The translations under genes and the position numbers were made by a program. From a virus (Duplodnaviria; Heunggongvirae; Uroviricota; Caudoviricetes), in IMG/VR virus record IMGVR_UViG_648276645_000001: 7,736 nucleotides of DNA. One strand, 5' to 3'. The notes under the pieces were generated by a model. The model was given only the letters and a program-made list of their open reading frames with translations. It ran no database searches and was not told where the DNA came from. Shown here in pieces: positions 1 to 6,767 of this stretch (the stretch's first letter is position 1; the number at the start of each line of letters is the position of its first letter).

Positions 1-1284
1 TTACTTCTTCGCCTCTGCAACCACTTTACTACCCACGCCGCGGTTATTGTATTCCCACATGCGGTTGTAGTTAGTGTCATTCAGATTGCGCTGTATTTCG
101 TCGTTATCATCTACGCTGCCGGTATTACCCGCAAACGGACGATTAGAGATCACCGCATCGGCCCACGGTTTAGCCGTGTTAAAACCTTCGTTGATGGCGC
201 TATCACGGATCACCACCTGACCGTTGGTATTGGCATCAACATCCAGCGAGCGGCCCAGTTGCGCCACACCATCACCGAAAGCATTGAAACGGCTGTTTAC
301 GGCGAGGAAACCGTAGTAAATGTTGGACAGCGTAGCCGGTGCAAACACATACGCTTCTTGCTGAGTACGTGAGTTCACCACGCGGAATTCGGTGTTATCG
401 AACACCACTGCGCCGCGACCAGAAACGATATCCACATCCCCTTCAATGTAGCTGTTGGTCACCAGCGTACGCGGCTGACGATTTGTTTCCAGACGGTTCT
501 GCACACCGCTGTTGGTGACAAAGAAGGTGTTCTGACGACCGAGAATGTTAACGTTGTTAATCTGTACCTGGTCACCATCAGTACGCAGTGCCACCGCCGG
601 ATGGTTACCTGCATCTACGCTATCGCCCAGCGTGTTTTCGATGGTCAGATTTTGCAGTTGCAGGCCATTGTTTTGTGACCAGAAGACCGCAGAGCAGAGA
701 ACACCGATACTGTCGCTGCGTTTGCTCTGGCAGCTATCGTACATATACCACGCTGGTTTACCTGGCATATATTTGCCGCGCGGGTTGACGTCGTGACGCC
801 AGTCGGCAGGGCTCATGCCACCATCAAGGGAAAGCCCAATCTTCACATCAATCGGTTTTTCACCTGTACCGTACAGAGTAATTCCACCCGGAGCGGCAGG
901 GACATATACCGTTCCCTGATACTCACCAGGCATCACGGCAATATACTGGCGCTTGTTGGTACGCTTGATAATTGCCGCATCTACCGCCGCCTGAATCGTG
1001 GTATGCGTTACACCTTGAGTGCCCGCCGGGCCGACAACAAAGTCAGGTTGCGCAGGCAGGGTAATCGGGGAAGGATTCCACGCTGCAGCACCTGGTGTCA
1101 GGGATGCAAAATAGTGTTGAGCATCGAAATTCTGCGCTTCTTTTGCCGACAGAATCGGGCGAGAAGAGGTACCAGGCGCGGTTTGATCAGAAGGACGTTG
1201 ATCGGGCGGGGTTGAGCTACAGGCGGTCAGCGTCACGCCAAAAGCCAATGCCAGCGCCAGACGGGAAACTGAAAATGTGTTCAC
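1..1284 (-). CDS. ybhC: YbhC, pectinesterase-family outer-membrane lipoprotein (putative acyl-CoA thioesterase); host chromosomal gene flanking attB
   Basis: Complete 427-aa ORF. N-terminal signal peptide with lipobox LTAC (MNTFSVSRLALALAFGVTLTACSS). Translation matches my memory of E. coli YbhC, whose gene lies immediately next to lambda attB. Window starts exactly at its stop codon. Confidence 0.92.
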   Translation of the reverse strand: MNTFSVSRLALALAFGVTLTACSSTPPDQRPSDQTAPGTSSRPILSAKEAQNFDAQHYFASLTPGAAAWNPSPITLPAQPDFVVGPAGTQGVTHTTIQAAVDAAIIKRTNKRQYIAVMPGEYQGTVYVPAAPGGITLYGTGEKPIDVKIGLSLDGGMSPADWRHDVNPRGKYMPGKPAWYMYDSCQSKRSDSIGVLCSAVFWSQNNGLQLQNLTIENTLGDSVDAGNHPAVALRTDGDQVQINNVNILGRQNTFFVTNSGVQNRLETNRQPRTLVTNSYIEGDVDIVSGRGAVVFDNTEFRVVNSRTQQEAYVFAPATLSNIYYGFLAVNSRFNAFGDGVAQLGRSLDVDANTNGQVVIRDSAINEGFNTAKPWADAVISNRPFAGNTGSVDDNDEIQRNLNDTNYNRMWEYNNRGVGSKVVAEAKK

Positions 1285-1330
1285 AGGTTGCTCCGGGCTA
1301 TGAAATAGAAAAATGAATCCGTTGAAGCCT

Positions 1331-1345
1331 GCTTTTTTATACTAA
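1331..1345. other. attL core (15-bp common core O of lambda site-specific recombination) at the host/prophage junction
   Basis: Exact GCTTTTTTATACTAA at 1331-1345. Left flank (gaagcct) reads like the bacterial B arm; right flank (gttggcattataaaaaagcattgc...) reads like the lambda P' arm, giving the BOP' arrangement. Confidence 0.9.
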
Positions 1346-1370
1346 GTTGGCATTATAAAAAAGCATTGCT

Positions 1371-1422
1371 TATCAATTTGTTGCAACGAACAGGTCACTA
1401 TCAGTCAAAATAAAATCATTAT
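1371..1422. promoter_or_regulatory. P' arm protein-binding sites: IHF site H' and three Int arm-type sites P'1-P'3
   Basis: TATCAATTTGTTG at 1371-1383 fits the IHF consensus WATCAANNNNTTR. Three consecutive arm-type-like decamers: caggtcactat (1391-1401), cagtcaaaat (1402-1411), aaaatcattat (1412-1422). Last site overlaps the int stop codon as in lambda. Confidence 0.75.
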
Positions 1423-2489
1423 TTGATTTCAATTTTGTCCCACTCCCTGCCTCTGTCATCACGATACTGTGATGCCATGGTGTCCGACTTATGCCCGAGA
1501 AGATGTTGAGCAAACTTATCGCTTATCTGCTTCTCATAGAGTCTTGCAGACAAACTGCGCAACTCGTGAAAGGTAGGCGGATCCCCTTCGAAGGAAAGAC
1601 CTGATGCTTTTCGTGCGCGCATAAAATACCTTGATACTGTGCCGGATGAAAGCGGTTCACGACGAGTAGATGCAATTATGGTTTCTCCGCCAAGAATCTC
1701 TTTGCATTTATCAAGTGTTTCCTTCATTGATATCCCGAGAGCATCAACATGCAATGTTGTTGGGATGGCAATTTTTACGCCTGTTTTGCTTTGCTCGACA
1801 TAAAGATATCCATCTACGATATCAGACCACTTCATTTCGCATAAATCACCAACTCGTTGCCCGGTAACAACAGCCAGTTCCATTGCAAGTCTGAGCCAAC
1901 ATGGTGATGATTCTGCTGCTTGATAAATTTTCAGGTATTCGTCAGCCGTAAGTCTTGATCTCCTTACCTCTGATTTTGCTGCGCGAGTGGCAGCGACAGG
2001 GTTTGTTGTTATATGGCCTTCAGCTATTGCCTCTCGGAATGCATCGCTCAGTGTTGATCTGATTAACTTGGCTGACGCCGCCTTGCCCTCGTCTATGTAT
2101 CCATTGAGCATTGCCGCAATTTCTTTTGTGGTGATGTCTTCAAGTGGAGCATCAGGCAGACCCCTCCTTATTGCTTTAATTTTGCTCATGTAATTTATGA
2201 GTGTCTTCTGCTTGATTCCTCTGCTGGCCAGGATTTTTTCGTAGCGATCAAGCCATGAATGTAACGTAACGGAATTATCACTGTTGATTCTCGCTGTCAG
2301 AGGCTTGTGTTTGTGTCCTGAAAATAACTCAATGTTGGCCTGTATGGCTTCAGTGATTGCGATTCGCCTGTCTCTGCCTAATCCAAACTCTTTACCCGTC
2401 CTTGGGTCCCTGTAGCAGTAATATCCATTGTTTCTTATATAAAGGTTAGGGGGTAAATCCCGGCGCTCATGACTTCGCCTTCTTCCCAT
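1419..2489 (-). CDS. int: Integrase (lambda Int, tyrosine recombinase)
   Basis: 356-aa ORF starting MGRRRSHERRDLPPNLYIRNNGYYCYRDPRTGKEF, which I recognise as lambda Int. Catalytic-region motifs present (HELRSL...R, HLLGHKSDTMASQYRDD with the Tyr nucleophile). Sits next to attL and overlaps xis by 23 bp as in lambda. Confidence 0.97.
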   Translation of the reverse strand: MGRRRSHERRDLPPNLYIRNNGYYCYRDPRTGKEFGLGRDRRIAITEAIQANIELFSGHKHKPLTARINSDNSVTLHSWLDRYEKILASRGIKQKTLINYMSKIKAIRRGLPDAPLEDITTKEIAAMLNGYIDEGKAASAKLIRSTLSDAFREAIAEGHITTNPVAATRAAKSEVRRSRLTADEYLKIYQAAESSPCWLRLAMELAVVTGQRVGDLCEMKWSDIVDGYLYVEQSKTGVKIAIPTTLHVDALGISMKETLDKCKEILGGETIIASTRREPLSSGTVSRYFMRARKASGLSFEGDPPTFHELRSLSARLYEKQISDKFAQHLLGHKSDTMASQYRDDRGREWDKIEIK

Positions 2490-2685
2490 TTCTGATCCTC
2501 TTCAAAAGGCTACCTGTTACTGGTCGATTTAAGTCAACCTTTACCGCTGATTCGTGGAACAGATATTCTCTTCCATCCTTAACCGGAGGAGGGAATATCC
2601 TGCATTCGCGCACCCATCGACGAACTGTTTCAAGGCTTCTTGGGCGTCGCTGGCGAGCGTTCCACTCCTGAAGTGTCAAGTACAT
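2467..2685 (-). CDS. xis: Excisionase (lambda Xis)
   Basis: 72-aa ORF MYLTLQEWNARQRRPRSLETVRRWVRECRIFPPP..., recognised as lambda Xis; 3' end overlaps the int start. Confidence 0.95.
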   Translation of the reverse strand: MYLTLQEWNARQRRPRSLETVRRWVRECRIFPPPVKDGREYLFHESAVKVDLNRPVTGSLLKRIRNGKKAKS

Positions 2686-2711
2686 CGCAAAGTCTCCGCA
2701 ATTACACGCAA
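2670..2711 (-). promoter_or_regulatory. pI-like promoter (cII-activated int promoter) with TTGC-N6-TTGC cII-binding repeats
   Basis: Minus strand reads TTGCGTGTAATTGCGGAGACTTTGCGATGTACTTGACA. TTGC tetrads at 2708-2711 and 2698-2701 (plus coordinates), overlapping the xis start as in lambda pI. Boundaries approximate. Confidence 0.6.
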
Positions 2712-2733
2712 GAAAAAACCGCCATCAGGCGGC
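2711..2733 (-). terminator. Putative intrinsic terminator hairpin (GC stem with 4-nt loop, then a T6 run on the minus strand)
   Basis: Minus strand CCGCC-TGAT-GGCGG followed by TTTTTT. Stem is only 5 bp. Overlaps the orf55 stop and sits just upstream of the pI -35 region. Lambda counterpart not certain (possibly a tL-series terminator). Confidence 0.4.
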
Positions 2734-2892
2734 TTGGTGTTCTTTCAGTTCTTCAATTCGAATATTGGTTATGTCTGCATGTGCTATCTGCGCCCATATC
2801 ATCCAGTGGTCGTAGCAGTCGTTGATGTTCTCCGCTTCGATAACTCTGTTGAATGGCTCTCCATTCCATTCTCCTGTGACTCGGAAGTGCAT
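2725..2892 (-). CDS. Small hypothetical protein (lambda orf55-like), 55 aa
   Basis: Not in the supplied ORF track (under 60 aa). Hand translation of the minus strand gives MHFRVTGEWNGEPFNRVIEAENINDCYDHWMIWAQIAHADITNIRIEELKEHQAA. Size and position (about 40 bp upstream of xis) match the small ORF annotated between xis and ea8.5 in lambda. Confidence 0.65.
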   Translation of the reverse strand: MHFRVTGEWNGEPFNRVIEAENINDCYDHWMIWAQIAHADITNIRIEELKEHQAA

Positions 2893-2980
2893 TTATCATC
2901 TCCATAAAACAAAACCCGCCGTAGCGAGTTCAGATAAAATAAATCCCCGCGAGTGCGAGGATTGTTATGTAATATTGGGT

Positions 2981-3262
2981 TTAATCATCTATATGTTTTG
3001 TACAGAGAGGGCAAGTATCGTTTCCACCGTACTCGTGATAATAATTTTGCACGGTATCAGTCATTTCTCGCACATTGCAGAATGGGGATTTGTCTTCATT
3101 AGACTTATAAACCTTCATGGAATATTTGTATGCCGACTCTATATCTATACCTTCATCTACATAAACACCTTCGTGATGTCTGCATGGAGACAAGACACCG
3201 GATCTGCACAACATTGATAACGCCCAATCTTTTTGCTCAGACTCTAACTCATTGATACTCAT
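2981..3262 (-). CDS. ea8.5: Ea8.5 protein (lambda early accessory protein, Cys/His-rich)
   Basis: 93-aa ORF MSINELESEQKDWALSMLCRSGVLSPCRHHEGVYVDEG...CPLCTKHIDD, recognised as lambda Ea8.5. AAGGAG RBS 7 nt upstream on the minus strand. Confidence 0.9.
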   Translation of the reverse strand: MSINELESEQKDWALSMLCRSGVLSPCRHHEGVYVDEGIDIESAYKYSMKVYKSNEDKSPFCNVREMTDTVQNYYHEYGGNDTCPLCTKHIDD

Positions 3263-3453
3263 TTATAAACTCCTTGCAATGTATGTCGTTTCAGCTAAAC
3301 GGTATCAGCAATGTTTATGTAAAGAAACAGTAAGATAATACTCAACCCGATGTTTGAGTACGGTCATCATCTGACACTACAGACTCTGGCATCGCTGTGA
3401 AGACGACGCGAAATTCAGCATTTTCACAAGCGTTATCTTTTACAAAACCGATC

Positions 3454-3765
3454 TCACTCTCCTTTGATGCGAATGCCAGCGTCAGACATCATATGCAGAT
3501 ACTCACCTGCATCCTGAACCCATTGACCTCCAACCCCGTAATAGCGATGCGTAATGATGTCGATAGTTACTAACGGGTCTTGTTCGATTAACTGCCGCAG
3601 AAACTCTTCCAGGTCACCAGTGCAGTGCTTGATAACAGGAGTCTTCCCAGGATGGCGAACAACAAGAAACTGGTTTCCGTCTTCACGGACTTCGTTGCTT
3701 TCCAGTTTAGCAATACGCTTAACAGAAAGGCCGGGAAATACCCAGCCTCGCTTTGTAACGGAGTA
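3454..3765 (-). pseudogene. ea22: ea22 C-terminal fragment (5'-truncated); fused in frame to antisense O sequence, giving a 179-aa chimeric ORF (3454..3993)
   Basis: C-terminal ~90 codons (KRIAKLESNEVREDGNQFLVVRHPGKTPVIKHC...DAGIRIKGE) read as real protein and lie 192 bp from ea8.5, the lambda spacing. The N-terminal ~90 codons (MFVRSSFGLLAVTTACCLLRL...) are low-complexity and are the reverse strand of O coding sequence. Upper boundary is approximate (junction between about 3720 and 3772). Confidence 0.65.
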
Positions 3766-3766
3766 G

Positions 3767-4021
3767 ACGAAAGTGATCGCACCTAACGATATCCGCCTGA
3801 TGCGTGAACGTGACGGACGTAACCACCGCGACATGTGCGTGCTGTTCCGCTGGGCCTGCCAGGACAACTTCTGGTCCGGTAACGTGCTGAGTCCGGCCAA
3901 ACTCCGCGACAAGTGGACCCAGCTCGAAATCAACCGTAACAAGCAACAGGCAGTCGTGACAGCCAGCAAACCAAAACTCGACCTGACAAACACAGACTGG
4001 ATTTACGGGGTGGATCTATGA
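3767..4021 (+). pseudogene. O: Replication initiator O, C-terminal fragment only (P-interaction domain); N-terminus and ori absent
   Basis: Open frame begins just after an in-frame TAG at 3764-3766. Translation ...IAPNDIRLMRERDGRNHRDMCVLFRWACQDNFWSGNVLSPAKLRDKWTQLEINRNKQQAVVTASKPKLDLTNTDWIYGVDL matches my memory of the lambda O C-terminus. Stop overlaps the P start (ATGA). No ori iterons or AT-rich region upstream. Confidence 0.85.
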
Positions 4022-4719
4022 AAAACATCGCCGCACAGATGGTTAACTTTGACCGTGAGCAGATGCGTCGGATCGCCAACAACATGCCGGAACAGTACGA
4101 CGAAAAGCCGCAGGTACAGCAGGTAGCGCAGATCATCAACGGTGTGTTCAGCCAGTTACTGGCAACTTTCCCGGCGAGCCTGGCTAACCGTGACCAGAAC
4201 GAACTGAACGAAATCCGCCGCCAGTGGGTGCTGGCTTTCCGGGAAAACGGGATCACCACAATGGAACAGGTTAACGCAGGAATGCGCGTAGCCCGTCGGC
4301 AGAATCGACCATTTCTGCCATCACCCGGGCAGTTTGTTGCATGGTGCCGGGAAGAAGCATCCGTTATCGCCGGACTACCAAACGTCAGCGAGCTGGTTGA
4401 TATGGTTTACGAGTATTGCCGGAAGCGAGGCCTGTATCCGGATGCGGAGTCTTATCCGTGGAAATCAAACGCGCACTACTGGCTGGTTACCAACCTGTAT
4501 CAGAACATGAGGGCCAATGCGCTTACTGATGCGGAATTACGCCGTAAGGCCGCAGATGAGCTTGTCCATATGACTGCGAGAATTAACCGTGGTGAGGCGA
4601 TCCCTGAACCAGTAAAACAACTTCCTGTCATGGGCGGTAGACCTCTAAATCGTGCACAGGCTCTGGCGAAGATCGCAGAAATCAAAGCTAAGTTTGGGCT
4701 GAAAGGAGCAAGTGTATGA
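4018..4719 (+). CDS. P: Replication protein P (DnaB helicase loader)
   Basis: 233-aa ORF MKNIAAQMVNFDREQMRRIANNMPEQYDEKPQVQQVAQIINGVFSQLL..., recognised as lambda P with the lambda length; translationally coupled to O' and ren. Confidence 0.96.
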   Translation: MKNIAAQMVNFDREQMRRIANNMPEQYDEKPQVQQVAQIINGVFSQLLATFPASLANRDQNELNEIRRQWVLAFRENGITTMEQVNAGMRVARRQNRPFLPSPGQFVAWCREEASVIAGLPNVSELVDMVYEYCRKRGLYPDAESYPWKSNAHYWLVTNLYQNMRANALTDAELRRKAADELVHMTARINRGEAIPEPVKQLPVMGGRPLNRAQALAKIAEIKAKFGLKGASV

Positions 4720-5006
4720 CGGGCAAAGAGGCAATTATTTATTACCTGGGGACGCATAAGAGCTTCTGTGCGCAGGACGTTGCCGCGGTAACAGGCGCAA
4801 CAGTAACCAGCATAAATCAGGCTGCGGCTAAAATGGCACGGGCAGGTCTTCTGGTTATCGAAGGTAAGGTCTGGCGAACGGTGTATTACCGGTTTGCTAC
4901 CAGGGAAGAACGGGAAGGAAAGATGAGCACGAACCTGATTTTTAAGGAGTGTCGCCAGAGTGCCGCGATGAAACGGGTATTGGCGGTATATGGAGTTAAA
5001 AGATGA
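4716..5006 (+). CDS. ren: Ren protein (protects against Rex exclusion)
   Basis: 96-aa ORF MTGKEAIIYYLGTHKSFCAQDVAAVTGATVTSINQAAAKMARAGLLVIEGK..., lambda Ren-like. AAGGAG RBS at 4699-4704; start overlaps the P stop. Confidence 0.92.
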   Translation: MTGKEAIIYYLGTHKSFCAQDVAAVTGATVTSINQAAAKMARAGLLVIEGKVWRTVYYRFATREEREGKMSTNLIFKECRQSAAMKRVLAVYGVKR

Positions 5007-5030
5007 CCATCTACATTACTGAGCTAATAA

Positions 5031-5066
5031 CAGGCCTGCTAGTAATCGCAGGCCTTTTTATTTGGG
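5031..5066 (+). terminator. Rho-independent terminator, lambda tR2-like
   Basis: 8-bp stem AGGCCTGC (5032-5039) pairing with GCAGGCCT (5048-5055), 8-nt loop, followed by TTTTTATTT. Located between ren and ninB, where tR2 sits in lambda. Confidence 0.8.
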
Positions 5067-5079
5067 GGAGAGGGAAGTC

Positions 5080-5520
5080 ATGAAAAAACTAACCTTTGAA
5101 ATTCGATCTCCAGCACATCAGCAAAACGCTATTCACGCAGTACAGCAAATCCTTCCAGACCCAACCAAACCAATCGTAGTAACCATTCAGGAACGCAACC
5201 GCAGCTTAGACCAAAACAGGAAGCTATGGGCCTGCTTAGGTGACGTCTCTCGTCAGGTTGAATGGCATGGTCGCTGGCTGGATGCAGAAAGCTGGAAGTG
5301 TGTGTTTACCGCAGCATTAAAGCAGCAGGATGTTGTTCCTAACCTTGCCGGGAATGGCTTTGTGGTAATAGGCCAGTCAACCAGCAGGATGCGTGTAGGC
5401 GAATTTGCGGAGCTATTAGAGCTTATACAGGCATTCGGTACAGAGCGTGGCGTTAAGTGGTCAGACGAAGCGAGACTGGCTCTGGAGTGGAAAGCGAGAT
5501 GGGGAGATCGGGCTGCATGA
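5080..5520 (+). CDS. ninB: NinB (Orf-family recombination mediator)
   Basis: 146 aa from ATG 5080 (MKKLTFEIRSPAHQQNAIHAVQQILPDPTKP...), lambda NinB-like with matching length. RBS GGGAGAGGGAAG upstream. The track ORF from 5062 uses an upstream TTG that I regard as not the real start. Confidence 0.92.
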   Translation: MKKLTFEIRSPAHQQNAIHAVQQILPDPTKPIVVTIQERNRSLDQNRKLWACLGDVSRQVEWHGRWLDAESWKCVFTAALKQQDVVPNLAGNGFVVIGQSTSRMRVGEFAELLELIQAFGTERGVKWSDEARLALEWKARWGDRAA

Positions 5521-6044
5521 CTATCAAATCAAATACGCCAGCACACGACAAGGACTGCTGGCAAACGCCGCTTTGGCTTTTTGATGCACTGGATATTGAG
5601 TTTGGATTCTGGCTGGATTCGGCAGCGAGCGACAAAAATGCTCTGTGTGCTCACTGGCTAACTGAGGCCGACGACGCGCTCAATTCTGAGTGGGTAAGCC
5701 ACGGTGCAATCTGGAATAACCCACCGTACAGCAATATCAGGCCGTGGGTGGAAAAAGCCGCTGAGCAGTGCATACAACAGCGACAGACGGTAGTGATGCT
5801 TGTGCCAGAGGATATGTCAGTCGGATGGTTCAGCAAGGCTCTGGAGAGTGTCGACGAAGTTCGCATTATCACTGATGGACGGATTAATTTTATCGAACCA
5901 TCGACGGGGCTGGAGAAGAAGGGAAACAGCAAAGGCTCCATGCTGCTGATTTGGCGACCGTTCATCAGTCCTCGACGGATGTTTACTACCGTATCCAAAG
6001 CGGCATTGATGGCGATCGGGCAGGGCGTCAGGAGGGCGGCATGA
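5517..6044 (+). CDS. Phage-type DNA N6-adenine methyltransferase (Dam family, orphan)
   Basis: 175 aa from ATG 5517, overlapping the ninB stop (ATGA): [34 protein letters not shown]... Contains the NPPY motif (WNNPPYSN) typical of N6-adenine methyltransferases. Occupies the position held by ninC in lambda. No restriction endonuclease gene nearby. Confidence 0.85.
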   Translation: MTIKSNTPAHDKDCWQTPLWLFDALDIEFGFWLDSAASDKNALCAHWLTEADDALNSEWVSHGAIWNNPPYSNIRPWVEKAAEQCIQQRQTVVMLVPEDMSVGWFSKALESVDEVRIITDGRINFIEPSTGLEKKGNSKGSMLLIWRPFISPRRMFTTVSKAALMAIGQGVRRAA

Positions 6045-6217
6045 GGCGACAGCGACGAAGTTTCACCGACATCATCTGCGAAAACTGCAAATACCTTCCA
6101 ACGAAACGCTCCAGAAATAAACGCAAGCCAATCCCAAAAGAATCTGACGTAAAAACCTTCAATTACACAGCTCACCTGTGGGATATCCGGTGGCTAAGAT
6201 ATCGTGCGAGGAAATGA
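6041..6217 (+). CDS. ninE: NinE
   Basis: 58 aa from ATG 6041: [58 protein letters not shown], lambda NinE-like. GGAGGG RBS at 6031-6036; start overlaps the methyltransferase stop. Confidence 0.85.
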   Translation: MRRQRRSFTDIICENCKYLPTKRSRNKRKPIPKESDVKTFNYTAHLWDIRWLRYRARK

Positions 6218-6219
6218 CA

Positions 6220-6561
6220 ATGGATTATTCACAGTTAAGTGATTTTGAAATTAACAGAATGGTAGGAGACATAATTTTTAAAGGCCTTTGGGCAAGTAAA
6301 CCGGAAACATCAGGGAATAACACCAACAAATGGTATTACGGAAATGCTGATACAACTTTTGAGCCATTAAATCATTTGCCTGACTACTGCAATGATCCGA
6401 GCGCTTCATGGCCGATTATTGAGAAATACAGGATTTCTATCTTAGACCAGTTAACTGAATGGTGTGTGGATGCAAAAGGCGTAAGCCCAATATTTGATAC
6501 CAGACCTCTCCGCGCCGCCATGATTGTCTTTCTCCTGATGCAGGAGGCCAATAATGCTTAG
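6220..6561 (+). CDS. Hypothetical nin-region phage protein, 113 aa (possibly DUF2591-like; function unknown)
   Basis: [116 protein letters not shown]. Start chosen at ATG 6220 because GAGGAA (6208-6213) is 6 nt upstream; the ATG at 6214 abuts the RBS. Family assignment is from memory only. Confidence 0.6.
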   Translation: MDYSQLSDFEINRMVGDIIFKGLWASKPETSGNNTNKWYYGNADTTFEPLNHLPDYCNDPSASWPIIEKYRISILDQLTEWCVDAKGVSPIFDTRPLRAAMIVFLLMQEANNA

Positions 6562-6748
6562 CCCATCTCAATCCCTTCAATACCTGAAAGGAAGCATAGA
6601 GCGGGCTTCAATGTGCACAGAGTGGATTCTATCTAGGTTTAGCGCATACAGAAGATTGCCGGTAAAGGGCATGCCAAGCAAGTCGATGCTGCATATGCAA
6701 AAGAATGCGCGCTGGAAGGTATGGCGAGAACACAGGTTATCTGGCTGA
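6554..6748 (+). CDS. NinF-like small protein with a divergent C-terminus (mosaic), 64 aa
   Basis: Strong AGGAGG RBS at 6542-6547, 6 nt before the ATG. First ~20 residues ([18 protein letters not shown]) resemble the NinF N-terminus I recall from lambdoid phages. The remainder ([46 protein letters not shown]) lacks the Cys-rich motif of NinF. Overlaps the preceding ORF by 8 bp. Confidence 0.5.
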   Translation: MLSPSQSLQYLKGSIERASMCTEWILSRFSAYRRLPVKGMPSKSMLHMQKNARWKVWREHRLSG

Positions 6749-6767
6749 AAGAGGGGGTTATTAAGGC

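Noticed and set aside
545-1316. Plus-strand ORFs of 66-140 aa (545..796, 588..788, 793..1215, 1095..1316) inside ybhC
   Set aside because: All are antisense to the well-supported ybhC coding sequence, have basic/low-complexity translations and no RBS; treated as spurious.
1670-2193. Plus-strand ORFs 1670..1867 and 1987..2193 within int
   Set aside because: Antisense to int, with no independent support.
2554-3217. Plus-strand ORFs 2554..2907, 2640..2825 and 2822..3217
   Set aside because: They overlap xis, orf55 and ea8.5 on the opposite strand; translations are Cys/Ser-rich junk with no RBS. The real genes here are on the minus strand.
3263-3453. Possible small gene or ncRNA in the ea8.5-ea22 intergenic region
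   Set aside because: Only 14-21-codon ORFs without RBS, and the 192-bp spacing matches the normal lambda intergenic region. No repeats or strong hairpins seen.
3554-4259. Overlapping short ORFs around the deletion junction (3554..3766 +, 3588..3782 -, 3719..3946 -, 3930..4259 -)
   Set aside because: Alternative frames of the ea22 fragment and of O/P coding sequence; none has a plausible start context or protein-like composition.
4500-4757. Minus-strand 85-aa ORF antisense to the P/ren junction
   Set aside because: Lies entirely within strongly supported P coding sequence on the other strand.
5062-5079. Upstream TTG start for ninB given in the ORF track (5062)
   Set aside because: The ATG at 5080 has a well-spaced purine-rich RBS and gives the lambda NinB length of 146 aa; the TTG lies inside the tR2 T-run.
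5453-6175. Minus-strand ORFs 5453..5635 and 5651..6175 (174 aa) opposite ninB, the methyltransferase and ninE
   Set aside because: Antisense to three tightly coupled, well-supported plus-strand genes; no RBS; Ser/Cys-rich composition. Considered as a possible antisense-encoded toxin but no support found.
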